Positions 43,551-47,694 of a stretch of 47,694 bases of DNA are shown here, one piece after another. Position numbers and translations under genes: made by a program. Position 1 is the stretch's first letter; every line of letters begins with the position of its first letter. The stretch covers positions 1 to 47,694 of IMG/VR virus record IMGVR_UViG_3300027804_000088, one strand, 5' to 3'. Source of the DNA: a virus (taxonomy: Duplodnaviria; Caudoviricetes). The notes under the pieces were generated by a model. The model was not told the origin of the DNA, ran no database searches, and saw only the letters and a program-made list of their open reading frames with translations.

Positions 43551-44417
43551 ATGTCAGAAGAAAAACAAGTAGAGCAACAAGAAGCAAGTACGCAGCAAGA
43601 AGTTCAACAGATAGATCCACAAACTGAAAAAGAAGCCCGTTTATTTGGTTGGGTTCCTAAAGAAGAGTTTAGAGGATCAGAGTCTGATTGGGTAGATGCA
43701 GAAGTATTTGTAAAACGTGGTAAAGAAATTAATCCTATTCTTCGTAAGAACAATGAACTCTTAATGAAAAAATTGGATGAAAAAGCCAAAGAAATTGACA
43801 GCATTAAAGAATCCGTTGAAGAGTTTAAGAAGTTCCAAAAAGAATCTTTTGAACGTAAGTCAGCTGAGTATGAAGTTCAAATAGCTCAGTTAAAGACTAA
43901 AAAACGGGAAGCAATTGCAGCAGGGGATGGCGATACGGTAGTTGATATTGACGACCAAATCGATTCATTAAAAGAAGCTCAGAAAGAGGCTAAAGCGGAA
44001 GCGGCTAAAAAGCCAGAACCAACACCTAAAACTGAAGCTCAAGCAAGTGTACCTGATGATCCAGATTTACAAAGTTGGTTAGGCAGAAATCAGTGGTTTG
44101 GTCAAGATACTGAAATGACTGATATGGCTAATGGACTAGGAGCATCCGTACGTAAGCAATTCCCTCACCTTACTGGTCGTGCTTTTTTAGATAAGCTTGA
44201 CGAAAAGATTGTGGAGTATTTTCCTCACAAAGCTTTAGGCAATAAAGCCAAAGGCAGCGCAGTAGATTCTACTGGTAGTGTTAGAGGAGGTGCATCATCT
44301 GGTAAAAAGTCTTATGATAACTTACCTGATGACGCAAAACAAGCATGTGATCGATTCATTAAAAATGGATGGATTAAATCTAAACAAGAATACGTAGATA
44401 GTTACGACTGGAATTAA
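43551..44417 (+). CDS. Putative capsid scaffolding protein
   Basis: Acidic coiled-coil, GWVPKEEF.G...WVDA and W...N.WFG.D motifs, upstream of the capsid gene. Confidence 0.65.
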   Translation: MSEEKQVEQQEASTQQEVQQIDPQTEKEARLFGWVPKEEFRGSESDWVDAEVFVKRGKEINPILRKNNELLMKKLDEKAKEIDSIKESVEEFKKFQKESFERKSAEYEVQIAQLKTKKREAIAAGDGDTVVDIDDQIDSLKEAQKEAKAEAAKKPEPTPKTEAQASVPDDPDLQSWLGRNQWFGQDTEMTDMANGLGASVRKQFPHLTGRAFLDKLDEKIVEYFPHKALGNKAKGSAVDSTGSVRGGASSGKKSYDNLPDDAKQACDRFIKNGWIKSKQEYVDSYDWN

Positions 44418-44428
44418 GGAGAACAATT

Positions 44429-44920
44429 ATGGCAAAAGCATTAACAATTGAAGAGAAAAAAGAACAGGCACTTACTAGAACTACTACAGAACGCCCTACA
44501 CGTGAACGTGTTAGAAATGTTTTTAATGGCACTCAAGCTAAGTTAACTGTTAATCATCAAATCCCTGGATATGTACTACACATCTTTAATGATGAACCTG
44601 GTCGTATCCAAACCGCAATAGATGGAGGATGGGAGTTTGTAACTCCTGACGAAGTTGGCGGAGTAAAGGATAGTGTTACATCTGGTAATACAGATTTAGG
44701 AGAAAAGGTAAGATACCTCGTCGGTACAAGTGAGAAAGGTGATGGTCTTTACGGCTACTTGTTAAAAATGAAACAAGAATGGTGGGAAGAAGATCAAAGA
44801 GAGTTACAAAAACGAAATGATCGCGTAGACGATGCAATCCGTGGTGGTGTAAACGTTAAGGACGGTACAAGTTCTGATGGTTTTTATACTCCTAAGGGTG
44901 GTATTAACTACAAAACATAA
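44429..44920 (+). CDS. Conserved head-region protein
   Basis: 163 aa, R....GWEFV motif, AGGAG RBS. Confidence 0.6.
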   Translation: MAKALTIEEKKEQALTRTTTERPTRERVRNVFNGTQAKLTVNHQIPGYVLHIFNDEPGRIQTAIDGGWEFVTPDEVGGVKDSVTSGNTDLGEKVRYLVGTSEKGDGLYGYLLKMKQEWWEEDQRELQKRNDRVDDAIRGGVNVKDGTSSDGFYTPKGGINYKT

Positions 44921-44945
44921 ACTTAATTTCTAAAAGGAAATAAAA

Positions 44946-45569
44946 ATGGCTAACGCAAATACCCCTCGTGGACTTAGCCCAGTAGGAACAATTACTGGTG
45001 CTGCGTACAACGAACAGGGTCGCCTTTATGCTATCGCTAACGACGGTACTAACACTTACGCTATTGGCGACGTTGTTAAAGTTGCAGGTTCTAGCGATGC
45101 AAATGGTGTCCCTTACGCAACAAAAGCGCTTACTACTGATACACCAGTTGGTGTTATCGTAGGTATCCGCGTATCAGATCCAGGTGTATCTCTTGTAGGT
45201 ACTACATTGGCTCTTAATACAATCTACTTGCCTCTTAATTCTGGCACTCGCTACGTTTACGTAGTGGATGATCCAGCAGTTATTTTCCAAGTAACAGGTG
45301 ATGCTACAGGTGTAGCTGCTGCTGACGTATTCAAGAATGCTGGTTTAACTATTACAGCTAACCAAACAACTCTTGCTCAATCAGCTCCGCTATCAAACAC
45401 AGTATTGAATGCTTCTTCATTCTTAGCTATTGCGTCTTCTGGCTCATTAGCTTTACCATTACAAATCATTGGCCTAGTTCAAGCAGTTAATAATGAACCT
45501 GGTGCCTATGCTCAAGCTTTGGTAAAATGGAACAAGCATCAATTCCTCAACCCAGTTGGCACGGCTTAA
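44946..45569 (+). CDS. Putative capsid decoration/minor head protein
   Basis: MAN...PRGL.PV, I.GD.V and V.DDP...F motifs, immediately before the major capsid gene. Confidence 0.6.
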   Translation: MANANTPRGLSPVGTITGAAYNEQGRLYAIANDGTNTYAIGDVVKVAGSSDANGVPYATKALTTDTPVGVIVGIRVSDPGVSLVGTTLALNTIYLPLNSGTRYVYVVDDPAVIFQVTGDATGVAAADVFKNAGLTITANQTTLAQSAPLSNTVLNASSFLAIASSGSLALPLQIIGLVQAVNNEPGAYAQALVKWNKHQFLNPVGTA

Positions 45570-45584
45570 TAAGGAGAATATAAC

Positions 45585-46499
45585 ATGGCTGGTATTATAA
45601 CAACCGCTTCACATCCAAAGGCTCTATGGCCAGGGATCAAAGCATGGTGGGGTCAAGTCTATGACGAACATAAAGAAGAATATTCTCAATTGTTTGACAG
45701 TGACACATCCTCAATGAACTATGAAGAAGATGTTCAACTTACAGGTTTCGGTTTAGCTCCAGTTAAATCCGAAGGTTCTGGCGTTGCATACGATTCAGAA
45801 ATTCAAGGTTTCACAACACGTTATACACACATTGCTTACGCTTTGGGTTATATCGTAACAAAAGAAGAATTAGATGACAACTTGTATGAACAAGTATCAC
45901 GTCGTAGATCTGCTGCATTAGCAATGTCTTTCCGTCAAACGAAAGAAAACGTTGGTGCTAACATCTACAACCGTGCATTTAATTCTACATACAAAGGTGG
46001 TGACGGTGTTGAATTATGTTCTACAGCACACCCTAACACATCTGGTGGTACATTTGCTAACGCTCCTACAGTTGCTGCTGATTTGTCAGAAGCTTCTTTA
46101 GAAGATGCTTTAACAGCAATCATGGGTTTCCAAAATGACCGTGGTCTTTTGATCAATGTTATGCCAAGAAGCTTAATCGTTGCTCGTCAAAACTTCTGGA
46201 ATGCTCATCGTATTCTTAAGTCAGCATATACACCATCAACAGCAAACAATGCAGTGAACGTTTTAGTAGCGACAAATGCTTTACCAGAAGGTATCGTAAT
46301 GAACCACTACTTAACATCACCAAATGCATGGTTTGTTAGAACTAACATCCAAAACGGTCTTAAGTACTATAGCCGCGTTGGTATTCAATTTGATCAAGAC
46401 AATGATTTTGATACAATGAATGCTAAGGCTAAGGGTTACGAAAGATATAGCTTTGGTTGGACAGATCCTAGAGCAATCTATGGTGTTAACGGTCCTTAA
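45585..46499 (+). CDS. Major capsid protein (Mu gpT-like family)
   Basis: L.PG.., GFG.AP.K.EG..V.YD, GGDG..L.S.AHP, NHYLT...AWF and ERYSFGW.DPR. Confidence 0.85.
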   Translation: MAGIITTASHPKALWPGIKAWWGQVYDEHKEEYSQLFDSDTSSMNYEEDVQLTGFGLAPVKSEGSGVAYDSEIQGFTTRYTHIAYALGYIVTKEELDDNLYEQVSRRRSAALAMSFRQTKENVGANIYNRAFNSTYKGGDGVELCSTAHPNTSGGTFANAPTVAADLSEASLEDALTAIMGFQNDRGLLINVMPRSLIVARQNFWNAHRILKSAYTPSTANNAVNVLVATNALPEGIVMNHYLTSPNAWFVRTNIQNGLKYYSRVGIQFDQDNDFDTMNAKAKGYERYSFGWTDPRAIYGVNGP

Positions 46500-46519
46500 T
46501 TAGGACTTAATTAAAGGCG

Positions 46520-46550
46520 GGAGGGGCTTAAAATGCTCCTCCAATCTTTA
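46520..46550 (+). terminator. Possible attenuating hairpin after the capsid gene
   Basis: GGAGGGGC...GCTCCTCC stem with a weak T tail. Confidence 0.45.
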
Positions 46551-46564
46551 TCTAAGGAGTTTAT

Positions 46565-46624
46565 ATGTCATACCCAATTCAAGAAAAAAAAGGTAAACGC
46601 CCACCTGTCAAAAAGGGTAAATAA
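46565..46624 (+). CDS. Putative 19-aa basic micropeptide MSYPIQEKKGKRPPVKKGK
   Basis: Strong TAAGGAG RBS 6 nt upstream. Confidence 0.5.
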   Translation: MSYPIQEKKGKRPPVKKGK

Positions 46625-46691
46625 TTTATTGTTCTCTGATGACGCTTAGAGATAAGCGTTGTTATAACATACAACGTCAAAGGAGATTTAT

Positions 46692-47399
46692 ATGTCAAAT
46701 CCAACAAGATTTTCAAATGGTGTATCTACAAATGATGCACAGTATTTAATGGGTGATTATCCATTACCAAGTCCATTTACTTCAAGTGGCTCACGTTTAA
46801 CAGGTGTTGCTCAGTATGCAAATGATTTTACAGAATCAGTTGCAGAATATACTGTAACAGGTACTAGCTCAGCTATTGCTCTTGCAGATGGTAATGGTGG
46901 TATTGCAGTTTTAACACCAGGTGGTACAACTACAGCTACAGCTGCTTATAAAACAGCATCTAATTTAGCTTTTGTAGCTGGTAATGCTGTATGGTTCTCA
47001 ACAAGAATTAAAGCTTCAGCAGTATCAGGTACTAAAGCTTTTTATGTAGGTTTAAGAAATGGTTCAGCAACAACTAATGGTTTATGGTTTGCTAAAGCAG
47101 CATCTTCAACTTCAGTTAACTTAGTTTCTACAGTAGGCTCAACAGCAACTACATTAGTAACAGGTGTTGCAACAGCAGCAGCTGATACATACCTTGAACT
47201 AGGTTTTTATTTTAATGGTGTAGATTTATTAGTTTATAATAATAATGTTTTAGTAGCTAGAGTTGATGCTCCAACAATTGGTACTTCAGGTACAACTTTA
47301 ACTAGTGTTGCTTTAGGCCCAGTAATGCAAATTACTCCTACAGCTACAGATACATTAACTGTTGATTACATCCTAGCATCTACTGAAGTTACAAGATAA
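46692..47399 (+). CDS. Variant copy of the 235-aa structural protein
   Basis: Same length as 30..737, with about 14 amino-acid differences. Confidence 0.6.
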   Translation: MSNPTRFSNGVSTNDAQYLMGDYPLPSPFTSSGSRLTGVAQYANDFTESVAEYTVTGTSSAIALADGNGGIAVLTPGGTTTATAAYKTASNLAFVAGNAVWFSTRIKASAVSGTKAFYVGLRNGSATTNGLWFAKAASSTSVNLVSTVGSTATTLVTGVATAAADTYLELGFYFNGVDLLVYNNNVLVARVDAPTIGTSGTTLTSVALGPVMQITPTATDTLTVDYILASTEVTR

Positions 47400-47411
47400 T
47401 AGGAGAATAAC

Positions 47412-47694
47412 ATGGCTAATTCAGTTCAGATTCAAACGTTAGTTGATAGTGAACGTAATTTAGTTGTTAAGTTAGTAGGACTTTTAGATACAAGTAACGT
47501 AAGTTTAGCTACATTAATTGACCCAGCACTTCTTGCTTCAGTTAATTCTACAGGCCTAAACTCACAAAAACCTACTAAAGTAGCAATTAAAAAAGTTACT
47601 TATGACGTAGAAGATGGCTTAGCTGTTAACCTTTATTGGGATGCCACAACAGATGTACCTATCTGGAGATTTGTAGGTAGGGGATTTGTAATGG
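47412..47694 (+). CDS. Partial copy of the 138-aa protein (truncated by the window end)
   Basis: Equivalent of 750 plus offset 46662. Confidence 0.7.
   Translation, partial: MANSVQIQTLVDSERNLVVKLVGLLDTSNVSLATLIDPALLASVNSTGLNSQKPTKVAIKKVTYDVEDGLAVNLYWDATTDVPIWRFVGRGFVM

Larger units (their letters stand above)
46663..47694. repeat. Right copy of the terminal overlap
   Basis: Matches 1-1032 with substitutions. Confidence 0.95.

Noticed and set aside
46635-46690. Hammerhead ribozyme suggested by CTGATGA followed by a hairpin
   Set aside because: The required GAAA after stem II is absent.

Overview
The window is an essentially complete, low-GC, lytic-looking podovirus-type phage genome. Its unit length is about 46,662 bp, and positions 1-1032 recur as a diverged copy at 46663-47694. 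It has two arms. The + strand late arm holds the terminases, portal, GroES, scaffold, capsid, tail/fibre, lysis, P22-like adaptor/nozzle and ejection genes. The - strand early/replication arm holds an amidoligase-GATase-ATP-grasp cluster, primase, helicase, split family A DNA polymerase, SSB, nucleases and a class II ribonucleotide reductase. I saw no RNA polymerase, integrase, tRNA or CRISPR array. Two signals are missed by the ORF track. (1) A roughly 1 kb imperfect fold-back is centred at 36260. Its left arm is a whole 120-aa gene, and its mismatches are overwhelmingly G-T/G-U compatible on the + strand, suggesting a selected giant RNA or ssDNA rod at the start of the early region. (2) A 23-aa pqqA (PQQ precursor peptide) gene has its own promoter, palindrome and terminator, pointing to a Methylophilaceae-like methylotroph host. 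All functional calls come from motif recognition by eye, not database searches.
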